From Octopus vulgaris (taxonomy: Eukaryota), in assembly GCA_951406725.2 (NCBI GenBank), contig OX597831.1, positions 64,976,001 through 65,040,000 on the forward strand: DNA of 64,000 nt, given 5' to 3'. Of the stretch, positions 14,276-27,737 are shown in pieces. Every line of letters begins with the position of its first letter. Position 1 is the first letter of the stretch. A model generated the notes under the pieces. That model saw only the letters and a list, made by a program, of their open reading frames with translations. It made no database searches and had not been told where the DNA came from. Position numbers and translations under genes: made by a program.

Positions 14276-15085
14276 AAAAACAACAACCAGAGATTTCATT
14301 ACTTTCGTGCGTCCAGGACAGCTAATCCGTTTGCAGAAGAAACTTACTGTAAACGATGAAAGGTGGAACGGCTATTCAGAGGTGGTTGCATATTAACCAG
14401 GGTGCCAAGGATTCTTTCTCATTCCAGTTACGAAGGAACCAGATTTTATCATATGGTATGAGTAAAAGAAAGTGATAAAACTAGTCGAGTTAACGGTTCC
14501 TTATGAAGATAAGATTAATGACCTGTAGGGACACCGTATTTCGTTATGCAAACATATCCAACAAAGTATATTAAACGTTTTTATATGACAATACTGTGTT
14601 CACCTGCGTTAGCAGTGCTATTACGTCACATGAACGCCGCTTGGACTCGAAAGATCGATCGTTATAAACATCTCCTCGAGGAATGTGAAAATGTAGGCTG
14701 AACCGCAGAGCATTATCTAATCGATGTTGGATGTAGAGGATTCATTGAGACCTAACTCGTCGTGAAGCAGATACCATCATAAGTGATATCCTGGCTGCAG
14801 TGGAGAAGGTAGGCCACTGGATTTGATTATAAAGAGATGATGAGCAACGGCTGGAATATTGAATAAAGCCAGTAACCAGTGACGGGGGCCGAGCGCAATA
14901 ATTCCCTCGAGAGGAAGGCCCCAAAACAGCGCTCATTTTTCCCGACGACCCCATAAGCTTCCTAGCATTCGGTAGGCGGTGCTTGCAACTGGTAGCACTT
15001 GCATCTGCATGTTGTTTCCAGAAAACCCCACTGGAATGGGAGAAAGCGCTAATAATCTGAATGATATGATCTGAATGATATGATA
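10927..15085 (+). mobile_element. Near full-length decayed RLE-type LINE, HERO/NeSL-like
   Basis: N-terminal Zn-finger remnant (CVRRTFATE), RT motifs VIWFDLANAYGSVP and WHRLEIDIAVGCTI, LSGKYKIWCLQ, FIRKWLGLP, RYTWRHNLVL, RLE LVELTVPYED and DVGCRGF; many stops and frameshifts. Confidence 0.85.
12462..12685 (-). mobile_element. SINE family B inserted in the LINE RT
   Basis: Full copy; TSD GCATACCT at 12454-12461 and 12686-12693. Confidence 0.92.
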
Positions 15086-15221
15086 TATATATGTAAAAAA
15101 TGTAATATATAAATAAATATCTATAAACATGAACCATCCGATCTTCTGATTACCTCATTTCTTCTAATATATATATATATAGAATGGCTGCTGTCAAATG
15201 ACTGAAACAAGTAAAAGATTA

Positions 15222-15285
<64 letters not shown>

Positions 15286-16779
15286 GGTGGATGTCTGTGT
15301 GTGTATAGAGAGAGAAAGAGAGAGAGAGAAAGAGAAAGAGAAAGGAGAGAGAGAAATAGATAGATACGTATGTATGTGTGTAGGTATGTTGTTAGGTAGG
15401 TCGGTATCTAGGTAGGTAGGCATGTATGTATGTGTATGTGGGTGTGTGTGAGTGTGTGTGTGTGTGCGCGCGCATTATCGCTACTTTAGAAGAATAAGAT
15501 GTACAAAGTATATATCGTCTCTATAAACTAATATTTTATTGTTCTTATGCAAGGGATTTATTATTCCTTGTCATTCTTTACTTATTTGATTCGTGACTGA
15601 GGATTCAAACCTATCTTAAAATTTTCAGCAACTTAAAGCCTTTTGATTTCTCATTCCTTAACTGACCCCGTTTATTTATTTTTTTTTTATTACTATGTTA
15701 AAAACCAACAACAGAAAGCAGCTTTGTCTTTTCTAAGCCAGCTATTCAAGAAATTATGAAGAAAATAACTATTTTATCACTTTATCAACCGACGAAGAGG
15801 ACTAAAGATGTTTCTGCTTTTACAAAATAGAAACTGGAGAGAGTTTCCAAACCCGAATCATCATCAAATATAAGTGATTTTTCAACTTTAAAACATTTAC
15901 CTGCTTCATGCGATAAACAGCGTGGCAAAGAAACTTTCCGATTGTCAGTTTAAACAATTTTGACCAACGACCACCAAGCAATTTTAACGATGACTTCTGG
16001 ATTTTACTGGTTCGTCAATATTTGTCTGTGGTTGAACATCTAAATCCTGATTTCGGTTGAATGATGTCTCAAGGCGCATCAACGATAATACGAACTAGAA
16101 AATTTCTGACACGCCAGAAGATTTTTTAATTCTACCGTTTGGTAGATTTCGGGGAGTGTTGAGATAGTGGATGATCTTTATAAGGAATGACCTTATAAGG
16201 TGGATGATCTTTATAAGGAAGCTCCTTACTGCTTTTGTTACAGACTGTTTCTGAGCAGAAGTCACTGAAATTTTACTTCTAAGGATGGATTCGACAAGTG
16301 GAAATTGAGTCCTAATCCAACATATGGAAACCGGGTCTTTGAATGTCCGTGCATAAATCTAGTAGAACTGATGCTTGGACTTACGATGGAAAGATTAGGT
16401 AATTAGGTTTGTTTGTGGAGCAACAATTGATAAACAAAAACGGAAGCTGTTGGAAACGAAGCGAAGATAGCCTCTTTTGACATCATTAGATTCTTAAGCA
16501 GAATTCATCTTTACGATATCACGGAGAAGGAATTTATTATGAAACTGATGCTGAACCTAAAGCATAAAAAAATAGAAGTTTGTTTATTCACAATTGTTGT
16601 TAATGTTGCCAGTTGTGACGAGGGTTTTATGGACTAAGACTGACAACGGGTCACTTAAGATTGACTATGAACCTTCAGATTGAGAGGTTTTTCTTTACTT
16701 TCCAAAACAACAATTAAGAGGCGAAATAAGCAATGTTATGGAAGATTTTGTTACAGTATTACAATGTTTTGTTATAGTA

Positions 16780-17008
16780 GGCGCAGGAGTGGCTGTGTGG
16801 TAAGTAGCTTGCTCCCCAGCCACATGGTTCCGGGTTCATTCCCACCGCGTAGCACCTTGGGCAAGTGTCTTCTACTATAGCGTCGGGCTGGCGAAAGCCT
16901 TGTGGGTGGATTTAGTAGGCGGAAACTGAAAGAAGACAGTCGTATATATGTATATATGTTTATTTATATATGTGCATGTATGTGTGTATTTATGTGTTTG
17001 TGTTTGTC

Positions 17009-17071
<63 letters not shown>

Positions 17072-17290
17072 GTATGTGTTTATATGTTTGTGTTTGTCCC
17101 TCCAACATCGCTTGACAGCCGACGGTGGCGTGTTTACGTCCCCGTAACTTAGCGGTTCGGCAAAAGAGACCGATAGAATAAGTACTAGGCTTACAAAGAA
17201 TAAGTCCTGGGGTCGATTTGCTCGACTAAAAGGCGGTGCTCCAGCATGGCCGCAGTCAAATGACTGAAACAAATAAAAGAGTAAAAGAGT
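16780..17290 (+). mobile_element. SINE family A
   Basis: Full copy with expanded internal TA/TG tract. Confidence 0.9.
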
Positions 17291-17562
17291 AGAGTTGTAC
17301 AATATTTGGGACCTAATTCCCATGACAATACTTTTGAATAAAACTGAAAAATTTCCGAGGCGACTTACTGCCACCTCTCTGATTCGTCTTGCGCAGCAGA
17401 TACAAAATAAATAAATAAATAAAATAAAAACGCAGTCGTCTGTTTCTCTCAGCAAGGATTTCCTCTTCAATACCGTCACGATCGTGATCTACAGGACGCT
17501 CATATTCGTCATTCGACGAGATAAGAAAGATATATTTCACAAATAACTTTTTACTGAATGAG

Positions 17563-17603
<41 letters not shown>

Positions 17604-18307
17604 CCACGCTCTCTTTCTCTTTCCTTCTCGCCCTCTCTCTTAACTCTTAATGGGACGGAAACTTATCTCCAAGATATGAGGAAGGCGAACAGTTATGAAA
17701 AAGGGAGGATAATAGTTATGTTGCAACAATTTCTGAAGGTTTTGAAATAATTGCCTTTACATTAATACTTCTAACTTCTACAACGGTTTGAGATAGACTT
17801 TATGCAGTCACCCGGCCTGTTACAAACAAATATATCTCTTTAAAGAAAGCAAAGGGCATATTAGACAAGGTAGTCGCAGCGAGAATATCTTTGATCATCA
17901 GCTCTGAATCAAGATCGACCTAGGGTTAAACAGCAACAAATTTGCTCGAGGAGCCAGTGAGAAAATATCTTTCTGCTAGACATAGCAGTCAATTTTACGT
18001 CGAATCACATTCTACCGTCTTAAAAAAAAGATAGAGAAAGACGTCATAGATATACGATGCCTAAAAAAATATAAACGGAGTGGCCAAGGTTGGTCATAGT
18101 CTTGCCGTGTGAAGCCTGATCTAGAGGAAGGTGGTTAAACTACACTAAGATGTGATCCCAATTAAACAGAGTGTATTATAAGAAGTGACTCTTCAAATTG
18201 AAACACATTACCAAATCCCGATGGTACACCAGTATTCTCTTTAAGCTTTTCCTTTCTTTTTCCATCCGAAATCCATCCATAAGACATTGGTGGCGGTGAC
18301 AATATGT

Positions 18308-18733
18308 GGATCTTTTCGGTTTGAACGGCAGTTTTTTCTAGCGGTGTCATATGAAATTGTCACCCATAATTATGACCCTAGTATCGATCTATTGCATTTC
18401 AATCTGTTTTAGGGTTAGGGTTAGGGTTAGGGGTGAGGGGAAGGGTATCTTTTTTTCTTCACAAATGTAAATAAACCCAATCTGTTTCTTAAACGAGGGA
18501 CATATTCATACGGCACAGAATGTTTTTTTTACCTCAATGGACGTCACTGTTTGGTTGAAATTGCAGAAATTGAAGAAAAAAAAACAACAAATATCTTACA
18601 AACTATAGACTTTTCTCAATAAAGCCAAGAGAAAAAGATGTTTTATAAACACATTCTAGCAGTATACGAAGTTTAAAATGTTTTAGTTACCTAGAAATTA
18701 TGTTAAAAACTGCCATTCAAACAGAAAAGATCC
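18308..18733 (-). mobile_element. MITE copy 3
   Basis: TIRs; 8-bp TSD CAATATGT. Confidence 0.95.
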
Positions 18734-19039
18734 CAATATGTAGGTACATCTTGAGCAATCCCATCAACTGCCATCGTACACTGAAAGCTAAAGGAGACAT
18801 CCCGATACCTCTTTTGCTATGGTAAGTCCTCCATTTCATGCTGTTCGTCTGCCAATGGCAACAGTATGTCTCCTTCAATAACCAATGTGTCTTCATGCAG
18901 TCACAGAACTAAGGTAGTGGGTCTCGTCTACTGTACTTTCTTTCAGGAACAGGGTTCGATTCAGTGAAGAAGCCTTGGCGTGGTCACCCAACCTGCTAGA
19001 TATAGCAGCCAAATCACTATAACTCCGTCGGCTACTATG

Positions 19040-19285
19040 GCGAGGGTTCCAGTTTATCTGATCATTTCGTGAAATTAACACGCAAGTGGCTGAGCACTCC
19101 ACGGACATGCGTACTTTTAACGTAATTCTCAGGGAGATACATAACGTGACACAGAATAAGGCCGGCCCTTTGAAATACAGGACTTATCATTTTTGCCAAT
19201 TGAGTAGACTGAGGCAACATGAAATAAAGTCGAACTCACGACCTTACACCGTGAGCCGATTACCCAAACCTCTAAGCCACGCGCC
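19040..19285 (-). mobile_element. Older tRNA-derived SINE (family D)
   Basis: Minus-strand head GGCGCGTGGCTTAGAGG...GTGAGTTCG with A/B boxes; single copy, left boundary approximate. Confidence 0.55.
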
Positions 19286-19393
19286 ATCGACCTTCAGATA
19301 CCGTCGTAATTAAGGTCAAGACACATTAGATATCGCTAAAAAGCCTGTAGTGCCTTTAAACATGGGTCCACTCGATCAGACAAAAGCAGCAGC

Positions 19394-19753
19394 AGGCGCA
19401 ATGGCCCAGTGGTTAGGGCAGCGGACTCGCGGTCGGAGGATCGCGGTTTCGATTCCCAGAACGGGCGTTGTGTATGTTTATTGAGCGAAAACACCTAAAG
19501 CTCTACGAGGCTCCGGCAGGGTGTGGTGGCGACCCCTGTTGCACTCTTTCGTTCCAACTTTCTCTCACTCTTTCCTTCCTGTTTCTTGTCCCCGACTTCC
19601 TACGCAACCGCCGTGCCTGGATGCGTATTCATCCATCCGTCGATGCTCTCGGTGTCGGGGGTTGACCTGCTTTCTCTTCTGCAAGTCCACGTTTCGGACT
19701 TCTCCCACTACAAACATGGGACGAAGACCGCTTCGCTCAACAAACAAAGAAAC
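19394..19753 (+). mobile_element. SINE family C head with tail type 2
   Basis: Same tRNA-Arg-like head and CAACTTTCTCTCACTCTTTC block, then an unrelated 3' part; TSD-like AAAGCAGCA. Confidence 0.85.
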
Positions 19754-20052
19754 AAAGCAGCAACAGCAATTACAACACCAAGAAGGACCAATCGAATATA
19801 TCTTCATTGTTGCTCAGCCGTACATTCTCTGATAACATTTACATATCTCTAATGCAATGTAAACCTATTTGCAAGATACGCCACCAGATTTATATAGGAA
19901 CTCTGCGGCATCTGACAGATTGTCTAACGGGCTAACCAGAGTGACTCAGTTCGGTTACTTTTAGCTGCTATTTTTAGCAGCTAAATCTTACTCAAAGAGC
20001 TGTCTATTGTCTTACACAAAGAAGACCACGTTGTAAACCTTTGCCCTGTGTG

Positions 20053-20110
<58 letters not shown>

Positions 20111-20460
20111 GATAGGTCATGAATAATAAAGCTTTTGATGACATTGTGTTCGATTTGGGACTAATTTACGACTAAAAGTGTTGTTTGTGATGATGATGAT
20201 CATCATGATGATGATGATGATTATGGCAGTGCCGGTGGCGGGGGCAGCGGTGGTGGTGGTGGTGGTAATGGTTTGATATGGGTGGGGTTGGAAATATTAA
20301 AAGACAAATGTTAATAATGTCAAAAGTCACAAGTATTCACCAAAATCTGTTGTGGAAAATATGTCATCTAAATGAAAGATAATAGAAAAGTTATGACATT
20401 ACATTTTTGTTTCAATTCTAAAACTAAAACTATTGCGACGAATAATGGCTAACATATGCA

Positions 20461-20553
<93 letters not shown>

Positions 20554-20647
20554 ATATATGTGTATACTTTTATATAAATATGATATTACATAAAATACAT
20601 ATATATATAATGCACACACACACATACATACATACATACATACATGC

Positions 20648-20740
<93 letters not shown>

Positions 20741-21481
20741 TTACATATTGACATAGACGCACGCGAGTGATTTAAAAAATAATATGACAATACTGTTACC
20801 GTTAGGCTCGGCTGTTCCGCTGCAGAAATTTAAAATGAAACGTCCTCTGCTGTCAAAAACAGTAACTAAAACTTCACAGATCTTTTTTTTTCTATCTTAT
20901 TTCTTTAGTTCTGAACAACAGTGCAAAAAAAAACAAAAACCAGCCAATGAATGGGAACCAACACCCAACCGAAAAACATGATTGTGATATTGAAAGCTGT
21001 TATTAAATTGTCAGTTAGTCGGAAAGCAAGTTCAACCATTGGCTAAGGAAATTAATTAGAGCCATGGTAGGAGGACCATATTCTACCGAAATATTGGAAT
21101 ACAGGCAGATGTGACCTTTGTGAGAGAAAGGCTAAAAGATGAACTAATATTCCAATTATCAAGGAAAATTTTCTGTGAAATAACTGAAGATGATATTTTG
21201 TATAATGACTGATAGTATTTGAATTTGTTTTAATAATTTTGTGATTTTTAAGAGGCATTTTATATTTGACCAGCTTCTAACATTTCCAGCTATCAAAATC
21301 ATTAACTGAATAAACACGAACAAAAGAAAATGTTACGCAGAACTTAATTTAACTTGGCTGAATATATTTAATAGAGCAAACGTCACTAATCTAACGAGAT
21401 ATGATTATGTGTTTAGGTAAAAGAAACATTTGCTTAATTAATTAAATCATTTCGGTGAGTAATGGAGACAACAGAAGATGT

Positions 21482-21909
21482 GAGTCTTTTCGGTTTGAAC
21501 GGCAGTTTTTTTCTAGCGGTGTCATATGAAATTGTCACCCATAATTATGACCCTAGAATCGATCTATTGCATTTCAATCTGTTTTAGGGTTAGGGTTAGT
21601 TAGTGTTAGAGGTGGGGGAAGGGTATCTTTTTTTCTTCACAAATGTAAATAAACCCAATCTGTTTCTTAAACGAGGGACATATACATACGGCACAGAATG
21701 CTTTTTAACACAATAGACGTCATTGATTGGTTGAAATTGCATAAATTGAAGAAAAAAAACGACAAATATCTTACAAACTATAGACTTTTCTCAATAAAGC
21801 CAAGAGAAAAAGATGTTTTATAAATACAATCTACCAGTATACGAAGTTTAAAAGTGTTTAGTTACGTGGAAATTATTTTAAAAACCTGCCGTTCAAACCG
21901 AAAAGATCC
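21482..21909 (-). mobile_element. MITE copy 4
   Basis: TIRs; 8-bp TSD GAAGATGT. Confidence 0.95.
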
Positions 21910-22153
21910 GAAGATGTTTAGGTTTTACTAAACATCCTCAGAGAGGTATAAACATGCTGAAGCAGTGACGAGAGAGAATCGCTAGCCACGATCACAGTAT
22001 TGTATTCATTATCCCGTTTCTCGTCAACGGCAGAATACGCACAAACATGGGATAATTGCTTTCATGGTGTGAATCAATGTTATCGGACATACCTCATGTT
22101 AATTCCATCACCCATACTCTCCCGTAGGGTATGTTGGAGGAGGGTATTAATTT

Positions 22154-22776
22154 TTTTTTGTTCCTTCTCGAGCCACGCCTGGCTCATAAGGGTCGGTTTC
22201 CCGGTTTCCTTGGCGTATAGGTTCCCCACCTGGACGAGACACCGGTCCATCGCAGGTGAGCTGCAAGATGCAGGAGGAAAGAGTAGGAGGAAGTTGTGGC
22301 GAAAGAGTCAGCAGAAGTTTCGCCATTGCCTTCTGCCGGAGCCGTGTAGAGCTTAGGTGTTCCGCTCATAAAGACACACATCGTCCGGCCTGACATTCGA
22401 ACCCACGATCCCTCGACCGCGAATCCGCTGCTCTAACCACTAGGCCATGTGCCTCCACAGGGTATTAATTTTTTTTGTTCCTTCTCGAGCCACGCCTGGC
22501 TCATAAGGGTCGGTTTCCCGGTTTCCTTGGCGTATAGGTTCCCCACCATGGACGGGACGCCGGTCCGTCGCAGGTAAGCTGCAAGATGCAGGAGGAAAGA
22601 GTAGGAGGAAGTTGTGGCGAAAGAGTCAGCAGAAGTTTCGCCATTACCTTCTGCCGGAGCCGTGTAGAGCTTAGGTGTTTCGCTCATAAACACACACATC
22701 GTCCGGCCTGTCATTCGAATCCACGATCCCTCGACCGCGAATCCTCTGCTCTAACCACTAGGCCATGTGCCGCCAT
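22154..22776 (-). mobile_element. Two tandem SINE C copies (tail type 1)
   Basis: 318-bp period; AGGGTATTAATTT at 22141, 22459 and 22777. Confidence 0.92.
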
Positions 22777-23258
22777 AGGGTATTAATTTTGGAGATTTTC
22801 TTCTAGATTGATTGCTAAAATTGATGTGTAAATGAAGAAAGGATGGTGAAATCGTTATTGTGAGGTCTTGTAGTGAGGTTAGACAAAATATAACTAGCAA
22901 GGGGAGACCGGTACAAGGTTGCACGAGACCATCCAGTTCCGGAGAGAAGAGGATTTTGTAGTTAGAGTAGAAAGACAAAATGGAGACAGGTCAGCAGATG
23001 TCTTGCATGTCTTTAGGTTGAGTAGCAGCACCGTCCATGATGTGAAGAGAGCAAACCATTGAACTTTGAAAGGAGTTAGTTGTTATTAAGGACTGAAATA
23101 TTAACTGGGCCTTGAGGTTACTGTTTGTGAAACTGCCTTAGATATGTTGAGAATGTCAGGTCCTTAAAAGAGATCCTCGCTGATGATGAGGTTTAGCTTT
23201 TGTAGCGACCCTGAACATTTTCGTTTCGTGTTGTTCGTGTTCTGGGATACGGTATACT

Positions 23259-23669
23259 GCGAGCTGGCAGAAACATTAGCACGCCGGGCGAAATGCGTAG
23301 CCGTATTTCGTCTGCCGTTACGTTCTGAGTTCAAATTCCGCCGAGGTCGACTTTGCCTTTCATCCTTTCGGGGTCGATAATTTAAGTACCAGTTACGCAC
23401 TGGGGTCGATATAATCGACTTAATCCGTGTGTCTGTACTTGTTTGTCCTCTCTGTGTTTAGCCCCTTGTGGGTAGTAAAGAAACAGGTATTTCGTCTGCC
23501 GCTACGTTGTGAGTTCAAATTCCGCCGAGGTCGACTTTGCCTTTCATCCTTTCGGGGTCGATAAATAAAGTACCAGTTACGCACTGGGGTCGATGTACTC
23601 GACTTAATCCGTTTGTCTGTCCTTGTTTGTCCCCTCTGTGTTTAGCTCCTTGTGGGTAGTAAAGAAATT
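23259..23669 (+). mobile_element. SINE B followed by a 5'-truncated second copy
   Basis: Full copy to ~23486, then restarts at internal GTATTTCGTCTGCC; outer TSD GGTATA(C/T)TG. Confidence 0.9.
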
Positions 23670-24300
23670 GGTATATTGTTTCATGACATGTGTAGTGAAT
23701 TTGTTTTTGTAGTTTTGACGGAGAGAAGAATGGCATGACTCTACGGGAGAATGCTTCCGCGGTTTCTATTCATAGAGTCAGCGCAGATATGATGTAGGAT
23801 ACCTAAGTAGCATGTGGAGGACGATTGTGAGGGGAAGGCTAAGGAGGTATGAACGGTAGAAGTAGTTGTTGGAGGTGATGGTATGTAGAGTGTTGATGTA
23901 TAAGAGGAAAAGTATGGCAGGAGGCAAAATTGATACAGTGTGGATCAGAGAGAGATCAGTTACTATACGTCGTGATGGGTGATCATACTACAGCCTCCCA
24001 TCCAAGACGCGGGAGAGATATGAAAGCCAATGGGCAATATTTTAGTTGGGAGATTCACATGCAGACATCGTCGAATACCTTACTGAGTTCAACAACGCTA
24101 TTTTCATAAAATTCCTCAGGAGCAGGAATCACTGGTGAATGACACAGGAAAATAGGTATCAGTAAATCTGGCTTTAGTTGAGCCGTGCTCAGATGTTGGA
24201 AGTGCGAGTTGTAAGTGAATAATTGGCGGGATAGGAGTTGCTCCGCTTGAGAATGGGACTCACTACAGAGAGTTTTGATGATCCAGGTATATACACAGAA

Positions 24301-24339
<39 letters not shown>

Positions 24340-24459
24340 GGAGAGAGAGGAGGGGGAAGAGGCAGACGGAAAATTAAAGAATTTTAAAAACTCGGTAAGT
24401 ATAGAGGTTAGCTCAGGGTTGCATTGTTTGAGGGTAATAGAGTGTACAATCTCAATACT

Positions 24460-24687
24460 TATTTCTTTACTACCCACAAGGGGCTAAACACAGAAGGGAC
24501 AAACAAGGACAGACAAACGGATTAAGTCGATTATATCGACCCCAGTGCGTAACTGGTACTTATCTAATCGACCCCGAAAGGATGAAAGGCAAAGTCGACC
24601 ACGGCGGAATTTGAACTCAGAACGTAGCGGCAGACGAAATACTGCAAAGCATTTCGCCCGGCGTGCTAACGTTTCTGCCAGCTCGCA
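24460..24687 (-). mobile_element. SINE family B
   Basis: Full copy. Confidence 0.9.
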
Positions 24688-25407
24688 GACTTCTTAATAC
24701 CCTTGCCCTTGTTAGTTTGAAGAGAGCGAAAGTGCTTTCGTATTTGGTGTATGTGCATATAATGGTAAGCTCGGTGGAGGGAAAATGGATAATTTGGGTA
24801 GAAATTTACTCTTTATGTGAAGTGTCGAGCTAAATGGGACCTAGACAGCAAGTGTAAACAGATTCTCCTCTAAATTAGAGAAGTGGAGGGAAGGAAATTA
24901 CCATGAAGTTTGGAGAAATTTTTAAGGCAAAGGATGAAAGAATCGGTATTCTTTGTGTTGAGATAATTTTTTGCAGGAAGTGCTGAACAAGAGAACTCCC
25001 AGTTTGCAGTGGTGAGTGGTTTTCTTCAAGTGTTGTGAGACATAAGCAAGAAGATGGCTTCGGCCACTTGCTTAACTGTTTCTGATGGATCAGTGGATCC
25101 GGAAGGAGAGGGGTTTTGCGCAATATGTGGATGCGTGGTGAGTAGTTGAGATAAGGTAGTGGTCGGATGAGCTGAGAGATGCAAAGACATGATGGTTTGG
25201 TAGAGGCTGGATTTGGAGATGAGAAATCGATCAACGGTGTTTAAAGTGTATGCGTGATTGTCAAGGATGTGTGTCTGGTATGAAACGAATTGTTGCTGAT
25301 TGCAAAAAATTCAGTATCTGTACTGGCTACATTACCGTCATATGGGTGCGAGAGCTGATAAGAGGTGTGAAGTGACTGAGCATGATAACTTTAGATCTAG
25401 TGAAGTG

Positions 25408-25467
<60 letters not shown>

Positions 25468-25471
<4 letters not shown>

Positions 25472-25670
25472 CCGCGTGTGTACCGTTGGCGATTTTTTCC
25501 CTCTGTCTTCCCTTCTCTGGATCTTTCTTTCTCCTATGTTTCCGACGAAGAGCTCCGCTCGAAACGTTAAACCCTCCTTCTTTCCTTCTTTCCTGAGCGT
25601 CCAATAATACTATATTTGTTCCACGTCCTCGCGTTGTTGTGTTTTTTTGTGCTTTCTTGTTTGGATTAAC
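25468..25670 (+). mobile_element. Penelope-like terminal fragment between (TG)n and (TA)n
   Basis: Homologous to 36030-36195; motif CCGACGAA-GAGC-TCC-GCTC-GAAACGTTA. Confidence 0.6.
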
Positions 25671-26473
25671 TATATATATATATATCTTAGCTGCAGGAAA
25701 AAAACATGGTTGAAAAGTTGGTGGTCGGAAATGTTCTGAGAGTGATAGAAGAAGCAGATGAATTTAGGAAAGTTGGGAGGAAGATTTTGAGCTAGAATAA
25801 CTGGAAGTCCGTTTTGCTGACATCCAACTATCAATTGTGAGATCACAGCTAATGAGTTGGCCATTGTGGATATTCTTTTTCTTCAAACAGTCGCAACTAT
25901 GATACGTTCCACCACGTCACACCAGAATTCTCAATCTCCCATTAATTTCATGTAATTTGTCGGGTATCAGCATTAATGTTGTTGATAAGCTGTAGAAAAC
26001 TCCGAAAGATAATATTTGATATGGCCTGGTGTTCAGCACGACATCAACGGCCAGTACAGCCTGTCTTGCATTGAGCAACAATAGTAGAGATGGGTGGAAA
26101 GTGTTCATAAAATATTTGATACGCTATCATCTGTTGGATCTTTTCTAACAATGTTCAGGTGAAATTGGGTGATAAATGTATCAAGATAATCCCATGATGA
26201 AAATATAGCCGAGTTGGAAGTTAGCTTTGCAACTTACAAGGTTCCGTGTTCGATGCTACATGGGGCGGGTGAGGGTGGGATCTTATATGATAGACTGGGA
26301 TTTACCAAATTCTTGTGACGGAAATTTGATTAAAGGAAACTGTGCTTTATATGTGTGTATGTATAACGATATGTGTGTGTGTGTGTCTCTGTGTGTGCAG
26401 ATGGAAACTGAAAGAAGTCTATCGTATATAAGTATGGCATGTATGTGTGTGTGTGTATGTGTGTGTGTATGTG

Positions 26474-26509
<36 letters not shown>

Positions 26510-26724
26510 GAGGTGTGTGTGTGGAGGTGTCTGTCCACCACTGTTTGACAACTAGTGTTGGTTTGTTTATGTCCCCGTTAATAGCAGTTTCTAAAAAAAA
26601 CCGATAGAATAAGTACCAGGCTTTAAAAATAAAGTACATACTATCATCGTTTCGTTTCATTCGATTAAAACCATTCGAAGCAGTGCTCCAACAAGTCCGC
26701 AGTCCAATGACTGAAACAGGTAAA

Positions 26725-26761
<37 letters not shown>

Positions 26762-26857
26762 TGCTGTAAATTTAGGGTGAATACTTGATAAGTGTAAGCA
26801 CCTGTATACGCCAGCTAGTGGCAGAGGTGAGAGGGTATATATCAAATAAAATCAAAA

Positions 26858-27017
26858 ACAGAACACAAAGGATATCGCGGTACACGTGTTTCAAGCTTTA
26901 TCAACGACCTGTTCTTACATCATTTAAATCATCTTTTATATCTATTATACACTGATGTAAGAACAGGCCGTTGATAAAGCTTGAAACACGTGTACCGCGA
27001 TATCCTTTGTGTTCTGT
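26858..27017. repeat. Inverted repeat, 65-bp arms, 30-bp spacer, hammerhead-like motif in each arm
   Basis: 26858-26922 is the reverse complement of 26953-27017 with one mismatch. Confidence 0.9.
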
Positions 27018-27057
27018 CTTTTATATATATATATATATATATATACTCTTTTTTTTT

Positions 27058-27377
27058 TACTCTTTTCACTTGGCCATGCACCACCCCAGGACTTATTCTT
27101 TGTAAGCCTAGTACTTATTCTATCGGTCTCTTTTGTTACGGGGACGTAAACACACTAGCATCGGTTGTCAAGCGATGTTGGGGGGGGGGGGGGCAAACGC
27201 AGACACACAAACATATACACGTACACATATATATATACGTCTACCAAATCCACTCACAAGGCTTTGGTCGGCCCGAGGCTATAGTAGAAGGCACTTGCCC
27301 AAGGTGCCACGCAGTGGGACTGAACCCGGAACCATGTGGTTGGTAAGGAAGCTACTTACCACACAGCCACTCCTGCG

Positions 27378-27379
<2 letters not shown>
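27058..27379 (-). mobile_element. SINE family A (internally deleted)
   Basis: Head and tail match family A. Confidence 0.85.
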
Positions 27380-27461
<82 letters not shown>

Positions 27462-27698
27462 TTAGAATTTAAGTATTTAAGTATGAATGTATGTGTGTGT
27501 GTGTGTCTTTTTATTCTTAGTTCAATCGTTGGACTGCAGCCATACTGGAGCACCGCTTTGACAGATTTAGTCGAAAAAATTGATCTCAATGCATTTTGTT
27601 TTAGTCTGGTACTTAGTCAATCGTTTTCTTTGGCCAAACCGCGAGATTACAGGGATGTAAACAAACCAACACGGGTTGTCAAACGGTGAGGGATACAA

Positions 27699-27737
<39 letters not shown>

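Larger units (their letters stand above)
22790..25400 (-). mobile_element. Heavily decayed Penelope-like element (N-terminal region and RT remnants), interrupted by SINEs
   Basis: Weak minus-strand remnants (LITTNSFQ / FNG, LTITISPSFL) and a C-rich sense strand like the PLE at 34322; assignment tentative. Confidence 0.4.

Noticed and set aside
15560-16770. Possible decayed transposase or pseudogene
   Set aside because: Composition looks coding-like but I recognised no motif, so it cannot be supported without a translated search.
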